DNA from: an uncultured Desulfurococcaceae archaeon
Lineage (GTDB): Archaea > Thermoproteota > Thermoprotei_A > Sulfolobales > NBVN01
NCBI GenBank assembly: GCA_964627805.1
Contig: CAZVLA010000013.1
Span: 2,046-66,045, forward strand
DNA length: 64,000 nt
Direction of reading: 5' to 3'
The translations under genes and the position numbers were made by a program. How positions within the stretch are numbered: the stretch's first letter is position 1; every line of letters starts with the position of its first letter. The notes under the pieces were generated by a model, which worked only from the letters and a program-made list of their open reading frames with translations, did not search any database and was not told where the DNA came from. Shown one piece after another: positions 10,215 to 19,578 of the stretch.

Positions 10215-10872
10215 GACCTAATACTCCCCAGCAGAGTATCTCGTTATGTCTAATTATTCTACACTCACTTAGATTTAATTCATTCTTAAGATGTTTGGAC
10301 ATGTTAATTAACTTGCTCCTATCTCTACATATAACTGTGAAAATAAGGAAACCATTACTGGCCAAATATGTACTTATAAAATACTTAAGTATATTGCTAA
10401 TGTTATACTCACATAGAAGTACGCTGAAGAATGCCACAATGTTAAAGTTAGTGTAGGGTCTTAGTGGAGGGTATTTAAGGTCACAAGCTATTATATCGTA
10501 AATAACATTATTACGGATCTTATTCCTCCCTAACACTAGCAGTGAATAACTTATATCCATACCTACGTAATATACTAAATTAGCTTTCAGTATCTTGGAT
10601 ACCTCCAGTAGGTAGTTGAGTAATTCTAAGGTACCACAGCCAACATCTAATATCCTTAAATCACGTACGACGTTAACACCTACTCCAATATTGATTAACT
10701 TCATTAGATTATTATACTTGATTCTTTGCTCACTTACGTATAAATCATCATAGGAATTACTTATGCTTTCATACCATTCAAAGACTTTAATTACAGTATC
10801 CTCTCCTATGCTCCTCCTGAGTAACTTACTTAAGTAATCATTATCATATCTATGTTTATTTATTTTAGCCAT
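10162..10872 (-). CDS. class I SAM-dependent methyltransferase
   Basis: 236 aa with motif I RILDVGCGTLELLNYL followed by YYVGMDIS. The 3' end overlaps the NFACT start by 53 nt. Confidence 0.65.
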   Translation of the reverse strand: MAKINKHRYDNDYLSKLLRRSIGEDTVIKVFEWYESISNSYDDLYVSEQRIKYNNLMKLINIGVGVNVVRDLRILDVGCGTLELLNYLLEVSKILKANLVYYVGMDISYSLLVLGRNKIRNNVIYDIIACDLKYPPLRPYTNFNIVAFFSVLLCEYNISNILKYFISTYLASNGFLIFTVICRDRSKLINMSKHLKNELNLSECRIIRHNEILCWGVLGHGKSEESLNIIRRSCNN

Positions 10873-10881
10873 CGAGTAACC

Positions 10882-11190
10882 CTATCCTAATATCCTTATG
10901 ATTACGGTCTTATATACGTCAAATATTACTACCCAAGTTAGGAACTCAATACAGTAAAAGGTTAGTGTTCCTTTAGTAAAGAGCTCCTTTATGCTATATG
11001 TATACTTAAACATTAGAAGGCATACTATGAACGTCGGTATTAAACTTAGGAAGTATATAATTAATAATATGTAATTAAAATCTACACCAAGTACCGTTCC
11101 TTTATTGAATATTGAAAGTATAGCTAATAAAACACCGAAAACAATACCTGCAATCACTTTTAGCCTAACTAATGGATCCATGCACTTCAC
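10882..11190 (-). CDS. small membrane protein, function unknown
   Basis: 102 aa with three hydrophobic helices. It is tightly packed between neighbouring same-strand genes, and no motif is recognised. Confidence 0.4.
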   Translation of the reverse strand: MKCMDPLVRLKVIAGIVFGVLLAILSIFNKGTVLGVDFNYILLIIYFLSLIPTFIVCLLMFKYTYSIKELFTKGTLTFYCIEFLTWVVIFDVYKTVIIRILG

Positions 11191-11207
11191 CGTGTTCCTA
11201 CCTAAAG

Positions 11208-11759
11208 TTAGTCCTTACTAACTAAAGTATTTATGAAGCTGATTAATACATTAATTAAATCATGCTTAACATAACTTAAACAATCGAGTCTTAGATTTAA
11301 TGCTGTTGTATGGATTAAGTCATACTCGGTTATGTCTCTGTTAACTATTAGTGGAAGTATTTTCATTACTTTTCTATCTTCATTATTAATTACTATGATA
11401 TATACGTTATTACTAACCTTAAATGATATCCTAACCTCGCTACCTATCTTAACCCTTAAAGCGGACTCTCTAGTAATGGCGCTCCTTAGCTTATTGTATA
11501 CGTCATCATTACTTTGAAAAACTACGGCATTTACTGAGGCGTAGCAGTAACTGCTCAAATCATTGATTTTAAGAATTAATTCTTTAATTCTGTTCTTACC
11601 TATACTTAAGTCCGAAGTAGTTAGTATTACTTTAAACTCGTTAGTATATTGATCTAGGTTGGTGAGTCTGCACTTGAACTCCTTAACTACTCTACTTAAT
11701 GTAGTATATGTCCTCCCTTTAAGCATGCCCTCAATACTGACTAATAATTTAATGGGCAT
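11208..11759 (-). CDS. hypothetical protein
   Basis: 183-aa ORF with composition like its neighbours. No motif is recognised. Confidence 0.45.
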   Translation of the reverse strand: MPIKLLVSIEGMLKGRTYTTLSRVVKEFKCRLTNLDQYTNEFKVILTTSDLSIGKNRIKELILKINDLSSYCYASVNAVVFQSNDDVYNKLRSAITRESALRVKIGSEVRISFKVSNNVYIIVINNEDRKVMKILPLIVNRDITEYDLIHTTALNLRLDCLSYVKHDLINVLISFINTLVSKD

Positions 11760-11836
11760 AACTCCCTATAATACATTATCAATACATTGTTTTAACTTTA
11801 ATTAGACTCACTCACTACTTTGGTTAGGGCTCTGTA

Positions 11837-12076
11837 GTGACTAGGAAATTAGTATGTATAGTCTGCGGAAGGAAATTCCCTCAAGGACAGGGTGTCGTGA
11901 TAAGTATTGAAGGTAAAGAATACACCTTTCATAGCAAGTCCTGCGCTATCAAGTTCTTGAGGAGAGTAATTGATGAAGCGCAGGAGTTAGGAATTAAGAG
12001 GATAATGGATTCCGTGGAGAAGGAGTTTATTGAGGAACTTAAGAGAAGGGAGGAATTACGTAAGAAAGTAATTTAG
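11837..12076 (+). CDS. small zinc-ribbon protein (L24e/TRASH-like CxxC...HxxxC) with charged C-terminal helix
   Basis: 79 aa with a GTG start. CIVCGRKF...YTFHSKSCAIKF resembles the L24e/TRASH zinc ribbon. Confidence 0.5.
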   Translation: MTRKLVCIVCGRKFPQGQGVVISIEGKEYTFHSKSCAIKFLRRVIDEAQELGIKRIMDSVEKEFIEELKRREELRKKVI

Positions 12077-12102
12077 GGTTAAGGTGTAGCATATACTGCA
12101 GC

Positions 12103-12158
12103 TGGGATGATGAGTGTGGCGGTCTCGGATTAATGAAGACTTAGGAGCCCCCTGACCT
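12103..12158 (+). ncRNA. candidate C/D box sRNA
   Basis: C box ATGATGA 12107-12113, 12-nt spacer GTGTGGCGGTCT, D'-like CGGA 12126-12129, C' ATGAAGA 12133-12139, 12-nt spacer CTTAGGAGCCCC, D box CTGA 12152-12155. It is intergenic, and its 3' end touches the dcd stop. Confidence 0.7.
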
Positions 12159-12699
12159 ACTTTAATGACCTTAACTTAGGTAGTGTAGCACCTCTCTGTC
12201 CTTGATATTTACCACTGTACGGCCTACTTACGGGTGTTGTTAATTTAGCAAATACTACGTGAAGGAACCTAGTGCCTATGGGTATAGCTATAGGGAATGA
12301 AGTACTTAGTACTTCTATAGTTATCTGACCCTCAAACCCTCCGTCAATTATTGTTGGAGGCATCATTATACCTAGCCTAGCAAAGGTACTTCTAAGCTCT
12401 ACAAACCCCATTAGCTCAGGAGGTAGTTTTAAGTACTCTAGCGTATGTAGGAGGTACCTCCTATTGGGCTTTAATACTACGTAATCCTTAGCCTCACCGC
12501 ACTTAAATAGCTTATTAACGTTAGCACCTTCTCTAATGTAGAATACCTCATCATCTTCCATTATCTCACAATACTCACTACCTATCCTTAAGTCAAGTCC
12601 ATTCTCTCTAATTATCTTATTATCCAATGGCTCCACATGTAACCTACCGCTACTTAGGTATGACCTTAAGTCAAAGTCGGATAGGATCATACTTCCCAC
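12157..12699 (-). CDS. dcd: dCTP deaminase
   Basis: 180 aa. Motifs are the N-terminal ILSDFDLRSYL, NGLDLRIG and IIDGGFEGQITIEV (dUTPase-like fold). It overlaps thyX by 13 nt. Confidence 0.9.
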   Translation of the reverse strand: MGSMILSDFDLRSYLSSGRLHVEPLDNKIIRENGLDLRIGSEYCEIMEDDEVFYIREGANVNKLFKCGEAKDYVVLKPNRRYLLHTLEYLKLPPELMGFVELRSTFARLGIMMPPTIIDGGFEGQITIEVLSTSFPIAIPIGTRFLHVVFAKLTTPVSRPYSGKYQGQRGATLPKLRSLK

Positions 12700-13331
12700 C
12701 TACAGTAATTATTTACTAAGTGCCATATCTCAGGTATTATCTTGGACACTTCCTCAATCATTAATTTAACTACTTCACGTATTTCCCATTGTGCTTCATT
12801 ACTTAATCTTAAACAAGCAATGTGTAGCAATTCCCTCAAATTAACAGTCATAAGTATAGTCGTCTTAACAGCCTGAGGAAGTACGAATCTAGCATCCTCA
12901 GGTCTCACGCCCTTACTTATCAAGGACTTATAAACCTGAAATGAATGTGAGACTACATTCCTAAATAACTCCCTTAATTCATCATTACTCATTATTGATA
13001 TAGGTACTACGTAATCCTCACTAACTACTGAATACCTTTGTGATTCTTGAGTGTAACTGGCGATCCTATGCCTAACTAACTGATGTGACGTAACTCTACT
13101 TACATCACTTATTAAGAAAGTAAATACGACATGTTCAAGTACACTAGGGAATTTATAGGATAATCTTACGTACTCACTAACCTTCTCGTCGGGGTAATTA
13201 CTTAAGTAATACTCAATACCCTTCCTAGACACCTTCCCGGAAGATACCTTAAATGCTATCAGTAATAGCCTCCTTGGATCCCTAATAGTGCCGCCACTCC
13301 ATGAAATTAATGTTACCTTAACCATGAGCAC
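12687..13331 (-). CDS. thyX: flavin-dependent thymidylate synthase
   Basis: 214 aa carrying the ThyX signature RHRIASYTQESQRY (RHRxxSxxxxSxR). Confidence 0.9.
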   Translation of the reverse strand: MLMVKVTLISWSGGTIRDPRRLLLIAFKVSSGKVSRKGIEYYLSNYPDEKVSEYVRLSYKFPSVLEHVVFTFLISDVSRVTSHQLVRHRIASYTQESQRYSVVSEDYVVPISIMSNDELRELFRNVVSHSFQVYKSLISKGVRPEDARFVLPQAVKTTILMTVNLRELLHIACLRLSNEAQWEIREVVKLMIEEVSKIIPEIWHLVNNYCRWEV

Positions 13332-13407
13332 CCTCAGAGGTTCTCCTAAACTACTTAATTTTATATAAGGGTTAAGGCACTTACTGCAATAGTTCCAGTA
13401 CGTGGTC

Positions 13408-14061
13408 TTATCCTATACACCTTTCTAAGTACTCACTACGTAAGGATCTCTCAATAACATCCCCCGAAGGACTTACTTCCCTAAAGGTCCTAGCGTAGAA
13501 CTTCGATATCTTAACCTTATCAGATAGCCAGCAATCTGGGGGCATCCCAGCCTTAATGCAGGTCTCCGAAAGGAACGTTTCTTCATCCCAGCAATACTCT
13601 ACGGGAACTTCCGGAAGTAATAATCCCTTATAGAAACCATACTCTATTATTAAACCGTCCCTACCTATATCTACCTGATTAACTATATCAAAACCCTTAG
13701 CGTCAATCCTAATCGCTTGCGAAAGCACGGAAACCTCTATAATGACGCTACTTAACTCATTAATAGTTAATGGAGGAAATCTAGGGTCTTCAGTAGATGC
13801 GGCGATTGCTGCGCTAACTACGTTCTTTGCTAGTGGCTCTATGGGTGCGGTAAAGCCTATGCAACCCCTTAACTCATTACTAGGGTACTTAAGAAGAGTT
13901 ACGAAGCACATACCCTTCTTGAGTAACTTCTTAGGTACTTCATTACTTACATCAATTACTGAACCACTCTCTAAGTACTTCCTAATAGCTTCCCTAGCTA
14001 TCCTAACTAGTAATGCACCGTCCTCTATAGTTAATTCATCAGGTACAAGGACTTCATTCAC
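13408..14061 (-). CDS. AMMECR1-domain protein
   Basis: 217 aa with LRGCIGF, TEDPRFPPL and LLLPEVP motifs. Confidence 0.85.
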   Translation of the reverse strand: MNEVLVPDELTIEDGALLVRIAREAIRKYLESGSVIDVSNEVPKKLLKKGMCFVTLLKYPSNELRGCIGFTAPIEPLAKNVVSAAIAASTEDPRFPPLTINELSSVIIEVSVLSQAIRIDAKGFDIVNQVDIGRDGLIIEYGFYKGLLLPEVPVEYCWDEETFLSETCIKAGMPPDCWLSDKVKISKFYARTFREVSPSGDVIERSLRSEYLERCIG

Positions 14062-14078
14062 TACTTAACACCCCAATA

Positions 14079-14624
14079 CTATCTTCTATGACCTCTTAGT
14101 AATCTCTTTTGCACCTCATCGATGATCCTCTCTATAGTCCTCCAGTGATTACCTTGCCAGTAAACCTTACCGCATTTAGGACACTTCCAGAACTTATCGT
14201 ACCTAGTACCAACAGATGCAGGTACTAGGGATAGTGCCTCAGCTTTACTAATGGTCACTAATCTAGTATTGCAGAGTGGGCATCGGGTTTCGTTAGGCTT
14301 GAATGAGGGGTCAATTCCGGTTCTTAATGATATCTTAAGTAAGGCGTCTTCAATCTCATCATCTGGGTTGAGTAGGACAGCCTTTAGCCTCCTCTTTATT
14401 GCTCTCCTAAATAAACCGGTATCCCTAGTTACGATAACTCTTCCTTCCCTCTCAGCGATCCTAAGTACATCATTGTCATCGTAACTCCTTGAGTATTTAG
14501 TATCGTAACCTAAAATCCTTAACCACCTAGCTACATCACCTAACATAGCATCCACTATAAACTTCACTTCCCTACCCACAGAACCATGAAATACAGTATT
14601 AATTAACTTATACTCTGCACGCAC
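14079..14624 (-). CDS. Mut7-C/DUF82 PIN-like RNase domain protein with C-terminal zinc ribbon
   Basis: 181 aa. Motifs are FIVDAMLGDVARWLRILGYD and CPLCN...CPKCGKVYWQGNHW. Confidence 0.8.
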   Translation of the reverse strand: MRAEYKLINTVFHGSVGREVKFIVDAMLGDVARWLRILGYDTKYSRSYDDNDVLRIAEREGRVIVTRDTGLFRRAIKRRLKAVLLNPDDEIEDALLKISLRTGIDPSFKPNETRCPLCNTRLVTISKAEALSLVPASVGTRYDKFWKCPKCGKVYWQGNHWRTIERIIDEVQKRLLRGHRR

Positions 14625-14638
14625 ATGCTAAGATAACC

Positions 14639-14646
14639 TTATAAAT
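14639..14646 (+). promoter_or_regulatory. TATA-like box upstream of rpl35ae
   Basis: TTATAAAT ends 34 nt before ATG 14680. This is AT-rich context, so the evidence is weak. Confidence 0.35.
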
Positions 14647-14679
14647 TCCTACTAAAAACTCATAGTCTAGGGGCTAATT

Positions 14680-14949
14680 ATGGTGAGAGGAGTAGGTATA
14701 GTACTTGGATATCAAAGAGGTACTAAGACACAGTATGTCAATAATGTATTAATTAAGGTAATAAGTAGTGAAGTAGGTAATGTAGCTAATTTGATAGGTT
14801 CTAAGGTTCTCGTAAAGGATAAGTATGGTAATGAATACGTAGGTAAGATTATTAGAGTACATGCAAGAGGTAAAAACAACGTAGTTATAGCAAGGTTTAA
14901 CAGAAACTTACCTGGTCAAGCTATAGGTTCTGAGGCACTAATAACTTAG
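14680..14949 (+). CDS. rpl35ae: ribosomal protein L35Ae (eL33)
   Basis: 89 aa with GYQRGTKTQ and RVHARGKNNVVIARF. Confidence 0.85.
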   Translation: MVRGVGIVLGYQRGTKTQYVNNVLIKVISSEVGNVANLIGSKVLVKDKYGNEYVGKIIRVHARGKNNVVIARFNRNLPGQAIGSEALIT

Positions 14950-14979
14950 ATTAACTTAATAATGTAGATATCGTTAATA

Positions 14980-16764
14980 TCAAGTCTGAATCTTCTTAAG
15001 CTGTCTCTGATACATCTCAAGTAATTCATTAACGGTTGTTGCATCTTCAGGTGACTTATCATCTCTTAACCTAATGAATCTAGGGAAACGTATGGATATT
15101 CCAGCACCCTTCCTAATAACGTCTCTGCAACATGTATGTATAGGCGAAAGCGTTAGCTCAGCACCTATAATCTCGACCACTAAAGCCGGCGTAACCCATA
15201 CGTCAGGCTTCATTATTGAATCAACTCTAGGGTGTTTACTACTTATTATGTAGGGTTTTAAGATCTCATTAAGACGGGCTAAGTCGGCATCAGTAAAACC
15301 TGAACCTACCTTACATACAGTTCTGAAGATGTCCCTATCCGGATCGTAAGCAGCCACTAATAATGCGCCGTACTTACCTGCTCTTCTACCCCTACCAGCG
15401 AATGCACCCACGATAACTAAGTCTACGGTATCAGTCATTTCACTCTTATAGTCGCGCTTGTACTTAATCCATAACCATCCCCTAGCACCAGCTTGGTATA
15501 TTGCCTGTTTATGAATAGCCTTAACCATCACGCCCTCAGCTCCATCTTCAATAGCCTTTAGGAAGAACTTCTCTAACTCTTCGGGATCATCGGTCACTAT
15601 ACTCTGAGCTAATTTAAATGACTCATCCTCCCTAACTATGCTCTTAAGAACCTTTCTTCTCTCAAGTATAGGTTTCATAGTTAAGTCCTCACCATCACTG
15701 TAAAGTACGTCAAATAAGTAAACAGCTACGGGATACTCTTTAATAGCTTCATGGATATCGTGCTTTCTCTTCCTATGCATGAGTTCTTGGAAAGGCCTCA
15801 TCTCGCCTGTGTCGGGATCTATAGCTACGATTTCACCTTCAATTATCGCTTCCTCAGCCACTACATTACTTAATGTCTTCTCAACTACGTCAGGGTATTG
15901 ATGAGTTATGTTCTCAAGTCTCCTTGAGAATATCAGGACCTTATCGCCTTTCTTATGTATTTGCGCCCTCTCACCGTCATACTTATACTCCACTAAGGCC
16001 TTACCGCCAACCTTAGATAGTATTTCCCTAGGGTCATTGAGCCTCTCAGCCAGCATAGGTCTTATCGGGATCCCGACCTCAGGTTTAAGTGCTGATATTT
16101 CCTTAATTCCCTTAGTAGCTAAGATCTTAGCTATCTGACCTAAGTCAGCCCTTATGTTGTACGCCCTCTCAATAATTTGCCTATAATTCTGTGACCCGGC
16201 ATACACTATAGCTAATGCATCCATGATAGTCGCGTCTCCTATACCTAACCTTAATCTACCTTCAACGAACCTTACTAAGTATCTAGCCTCTACGGGGTCA
16301 GCATCAGCTATTAGACCAGCTATTAAGTTTATCTTCACATCTCTACTACCCTCACCAGTTGCTAACGCTACCTTAGTCAATACTTTATAAACCTCCTCAA
16401 CAGTTAATTTCCTTCTCTGAACCGTCATGAATTTAGCTAAGCCTAACGCTGCACTCTCACTTTTACGTTTCAGAGACTCAGCTACTCTACCTAAATCACC
16501 TAATCTACGGTATAATGACTCAACCTCAGACTCCCTACTACGTGTGGCCTTAGCTATTGCCTTAATCAGTAATTTCTCACCAACACCAAGTTCAGGGAGT
16601 CCTGCCCAGTCAGGCCATAGCTTACCCTGAATTAGGTATACAACTTTATCTATTATGTCAGCTGGTGTCTTCCTGAATAAATCCACTAACGCTAAAGTTA
16701 ATTGAGTTCTGCTAGTTACCTTCTCTATTCTGTCAAATGTGCGAGCTAGTATTGATAACTCCAA
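14980..16764 (-). CDS. lig: ATP-dependent DNA ligase
   Basis: 594 aa. It has adenylation motif [13 protein letters not shown], followed by EGEIVA, YLFDVLY, EGVMVK, and [15 protein letters not shown] in the OB domain. Confidence 0.95.
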   Translation of the reverse strand: MELSILARTFDRIEKVTSRTQLTLALVDLFRKTPADIIDKVVYLIQGKLWPDWAGLPELGVGEKLLIKAIAKATRSRESEVESLYRRLGDLGRVAESLKRKSESAALGLAKFMTVQRRKLTVEEVYKVLTKVALATGEGSRDVKINLIAGLIADADPVEARYLVRFVEGRLRLGIGDATIMDALAIVYAGSQNYRQIIERAYNIRADLGQIAKILATKGIKEISALKPEVGIPIRPMLAERLNDPREILSKVGGKALVEYKYDGERAQIHKKGDKVLIFSRRLENITHQYPDVVEKTLSNVVAEEAIIEGEIVAIDPDTGEMRPFQELMHRKRKHDIHEAIKEYPVAVYLFDVLYSDGEDLTMKPILERRKVLKSIVREDESFKLAQSIVTDDPEELEKFFLKAIEDGAEGVMVKAIHKQAIYQAGARGWLWIKYKRDYKSEMTDTVDLVIVGAFAGRGRRAGKYGALLVAAYDPDRDIFRTVCKVGSGFTDADLARLNEILKPYIISSKHPRVDSIMKPDVWVTPALVVEIIGAELTLSPIHTCCRDVIRKGAGISIRFPRFIRLRDDKSPEDATTVNELLEMYQRQLKKIQT

Positions 16765-16841
16765 ACGCTACCCCAGTATCTCGGTTCGTTTTAGAATATT
16801 TAATAGTACCCCTACACTACGTAGTTAAGGAGGGTAATTAA

Positions 16842-16897
16842 CCGATGATGATAACCCGGCAAGAAGGTACTGATGCCTTATCAGTGTTACGCTGAGG
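16842..16897 (+). ncRNA. candidate C/D box sRNA (irregular spacing)
   Basis: C box ATGATGA 16845-16851, internal CTGATGC 16870-16876 (D'/C'-like), terminal CTGA 16892-16895. The spacers are 18 and 15 nt rather than 12. It is intergenic. Confidence 0.45.
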
Positions 16898-16922
16898 AGC
16901 AACTATACCTATACCTGAATTA

Positions 16923-17393
16923 TTATTTCTTATGTAATGACTTCCACAAGTACTTTAACGCTATCTCGATCTCCCTTACCGTACTATCACTCTTCACGCC
17001 TCTTACTACGATCTCAGTAATGAATCCTTTATTCTCACGTATGTCGTAATCCTCTATCTCCTCTATTTCTTTCTTATCCTTTAGAAATGGTATCAGGAAT
17101 GAATGTAGTAACTCATTATCTGTGGGTATCGTTTCTCGTAACATTATCCTAACATCACTGTCAAGTCTTACTAAATTAGCTATGACATCGTCATCAACGG
17201 TAATTACTTTAACCTTATCAGGTGTAAAAGCCTGCTTAGAAGGTCTAATCTCCTCACTACTTGAGGTGAGTATAGCTAGTAATGACTTATAAACCTTTAT
17301 CTCTTCCTCAAGTCTCTCTAATTTCTCCTTGAGGTACTTAATTAAGGATTCCTTATCAACACCCTCCACACCTTTACTTCCTGCGTAGTACAT
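16923..17393 (-). CDS. hypothetical coiled-coil protein
   Basis: 156 aa with an N-terminal coiled coil (KEKLERLEEEIKVYKSL). Its start lies 4 nt downstream of the udg stop, so it is probably co-transcribed. Confidence 0.5.
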   Translation of the reverse strand: MYYAGSKGVEGVDKESLIKYLKEKLERLEEEIKVYKSLLAILTSSSEEIRPSKQAFTPDKVKVITVDDDVIANLVRLDSDVRIMLRETIPTDNELLHSFLIPFLKDKKEIEEIEDYDIRENKGFITEIVVRGVKSDSTVREIEIALKYLWKSLHKK

Positions 17394-17397
17394 GATC

Positions 17398-18057
17398 TTA
17401 CCTCATGAAATCAAGGAGGGACTTCCTCTTCTTCATATCTCTAAGGTTCTTCATGGTATTTAAAATTAATTTAAAATCATATTCAAGATAATCCCTTAAC
17501 TTAGGATTATATAATGCAGCCGCTGGGTGGTATGTAGGTATAATCATTACAGACCCTAATTCGGTACTACTTAATTCATAAACCTTACCTCTACACCTAC
17601 TTATTCCTAACCACTTTCTCTTAAGCAAATATTCAAACACGAACTTACCTGCGTAATTACCTAATGTAACTATTACCTTAGGTCTTACCAACTCCAATAT
17701 CTTAATTGTGTGGCGTGAACATGACCTAATTTCATCGTCTTTGGGGTCTCTATTATTAGGTGGTCTACATTTAACTACATTAGTTATGAATACCTCGTCT
17801 CTCTTAATACCTATATCATTAAGTAATGTATCAAGTAACTTCCCAGCAGCACCTACGAAGGGTCTACCTAATTCGTCCTCCCTCCTACCTGGGGCCTCAC
17901 CTAGGAAGAGTATGTCAGCACTTAGGTTCCCCTCACCTGGGACAGCGTTTCTTCTGTAACTATGTAGTCTGCAAGAGGTACAATTTAGTATTTCATCCCT
18001 TATCTTACTCCATAGTTTAGATTTCTCATTAGTGCTATTCAAAGATTTTACCCTCAA
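17398..18057 (-). CDS. udg: uracil-DNA glycosylase, family 4
   Basis: 219 aa with CTSCRLH, GEGNLSADILFLGEAPGRREDELGRPFVGAAGKLL and YHPAAALYNP. Confidence 0.9.
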   Translation of the reverse strand: MRVKSLNSTNEKSKLWSKIRDEILNCTSCRLHSYRRNAVPGEGNLSADILFLGEAPGRREDELGRPFVGAAGKLLDTLLNDIGIKRDEVFITNVVKCRPPNNRDPKDDEIRSCSRHTIKILELVRPKVIVTLGNYAGKFVFEYLLKRKWLGISRCRGKVYELSSTELGSVMIIPTYHPAAALYNPKLRDYLEYDFKLILNTMKNLRDMKKRKSLLDFMR

Positions 18058-18125
18058 TTACAACCTAGTGCTTAGTTAAACATAAGGTTTTTAGCTTAAC
18101 ACTCTCTGAATCAGAGGGTGGTGGT

Positions 18126-18353
18126 ATGGGACTTAAGCACGGTAAGTACGCGTATGTGAGGATTAGTGAGGGTAGGTATGTTAAAGTCCGCTTACTTAAG
18201 AATCGAGCCGAGGATTTGCCAGAAAGGTACTTAGTAGTGGGACCCGTTGTTAAGAAGCCACCAATTAACGCGACAATTCTCGATATAAGTGAGTTGCCTA
18301 CTAATGTTGCGGAGAGAATAATTAATCAATATTATGAGGTGTTAGTGAAGTAA
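18126..18353 (+). CDS. hypothetical small protein
   Basis: 75 aa with an ATG preceded by GAGGGTGGTGGT (SD-like). No motif is recognised. Confidence 0.4.
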   Translation: MGLKHGKYAYVRISEGRYVKVRLLKNRAEDLPERYLVVGPVVKKPPINATILDISELPTNVAERIINQYYEVLVK

Positions 18354-18368
18354 ATACTTTGATTTAGA

Positions 18369-18680
18369 TTACTTCCCTCTGTTAGGTACAGCAATAATTA
18401 ATTCCCTACTTCTATCAATGAGTTTTAATGTGCCATCGGTTATTAAGCTCCTTATAATTCTCTTCGAAATGGACATCTTAATTGACAAAGCATTAGCTAA
18501 AGCTGATGGTGTTACTACGTCCATTCCCTGAACGACTCTCCTAGCTCTTCTTAATAATTGCTCATCAATTATTGATGGTAAGGTTTTACGCTCTTCCTTG
18601 CTTGTCTTACGTACTCTTAAGGCTTTTCTTCTCTGTTTATCCATAGCGGATAGGGGCTTCTTAGGTTTACCTCCACCCAT
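18369..18680 (-). CDS. rps25e: ribosomal protein S25e (eS25)
   Basis: 103 aa. It has a basic N-terminus GGGKPKKP and the winged-helix segment VVTPSALANALSIKMSISKRIIRSL. Confidence 0.8.
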   Translation of the reverse strand: MGGGKPKKPLSAMDKQRRKALRVRKTSKEERKTLPSIIDEQLLRRARRVVQGMDVVTPSALANALSIKMSISKRIIRSLITDGTLKLIDRSRELIIAVPNRGK

Positions 18681-18839
18681 GACTCACTACCGAAGTAATT
18701 CATTATTAAACCAATCTAAAAGCTTTCTTCAAATATTAACCTAAAATACAATGCACGTATATACCGTAGTGTGACGAATTGGAGGAGTGTTAGTCTTTTA
18801 AGCTTATTCAATAGCCAACAATAGTAATGGTGAGGTAGC

Positions 18840-19067
18840 GTGAGGTTAGTAACAGTTAAGGTTCCTGAAATTTACTTAGAAGGTATTGATGAGTTAGTTA
18901 AATTAGGAAGGTACTCAAGTAGGTCAGAAGTTATTAGAACCGCAATTAGGGATTTACTAAGGAGAGAACTATGGGTCAATAAAGTAACCGCATCAGACAT
19001 AATAGCTACCCACGATTTTGAGTTACCAGGAAAGAAGGTCTTCATACGTAAGATAAAAATAGTATAA
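18840..19067 (+). CDS. ribbon-helix-helix (CopG/NikR-N type) DNA-binding protein
   Basis: 75 aa with a GTG start. [37 protein letters not shown] fits a beta-alpha-alpha RHH. Confidence 0.7.
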   Translation: MRLVTVKVPEIYLEGIDELVKLGRYSSRSEVIRTAIRDLLRRELWVNKVTASDIIATHDFELPGKKVFIRKIKIV

Positions 19068-19578
19068 TCGCTGAAACCTAAGGCAACTTCTTCACTCCTT
19101 AGTAGGGGCTAGAGGTAGTAGTTTATGATGGTTACGGCTACGTAGTAACCCTATAATTAATTACTGGGTATGCTTATATAGTGTATCTACCTAAATCCGC
19201 AGTTAATCAATGCTCTACAATACTGTAATAGCCTCTTTACGAATTGCTATCCCTTACTAATAGTTAAAGTTCCTAAAACGCTCCTCATGAATACTGATGG
19301 ATTCTCAAAGAGCGATAGTATAATGCGAGTATAATGCAAGAAAGATTGAAATATAGTGTAATGATTGCTATGTAATGTTAATTACTATAATCAGTACTTA
19401 ACGTAAGTGTAAGTTAGAGGTATGAGGGATTACATACGCCTAAAGTCTTAGGTACCAGTACATTTCGTTGAGGTACTTCTCCTATTATCAGCATTCTCAT
19501 TTCATAAAGTTCGTGTGTGACCCTACACTTAAAATACCTACTACAAAAGTGTTTTATTGGCAATGAGGAGGGCTGGTA

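Noticed and set aside
12078-12089. The 12-mer GTTAAGGTGTAG recurs at 23443-23454 (upstream of polB), and GGTGTAG recurs at 40134-40140 (upstream of leuS). I considered it as a shared regulatory motif.
   Set aside because: By my rough estimate, on the order of a hundred chance 12-mer repeats are expected in 64 kb on two strands. GGTG is simply the SD-like core complementary to the 16S 3' end. The GTG-TAG frames also differ between polB and leuS.
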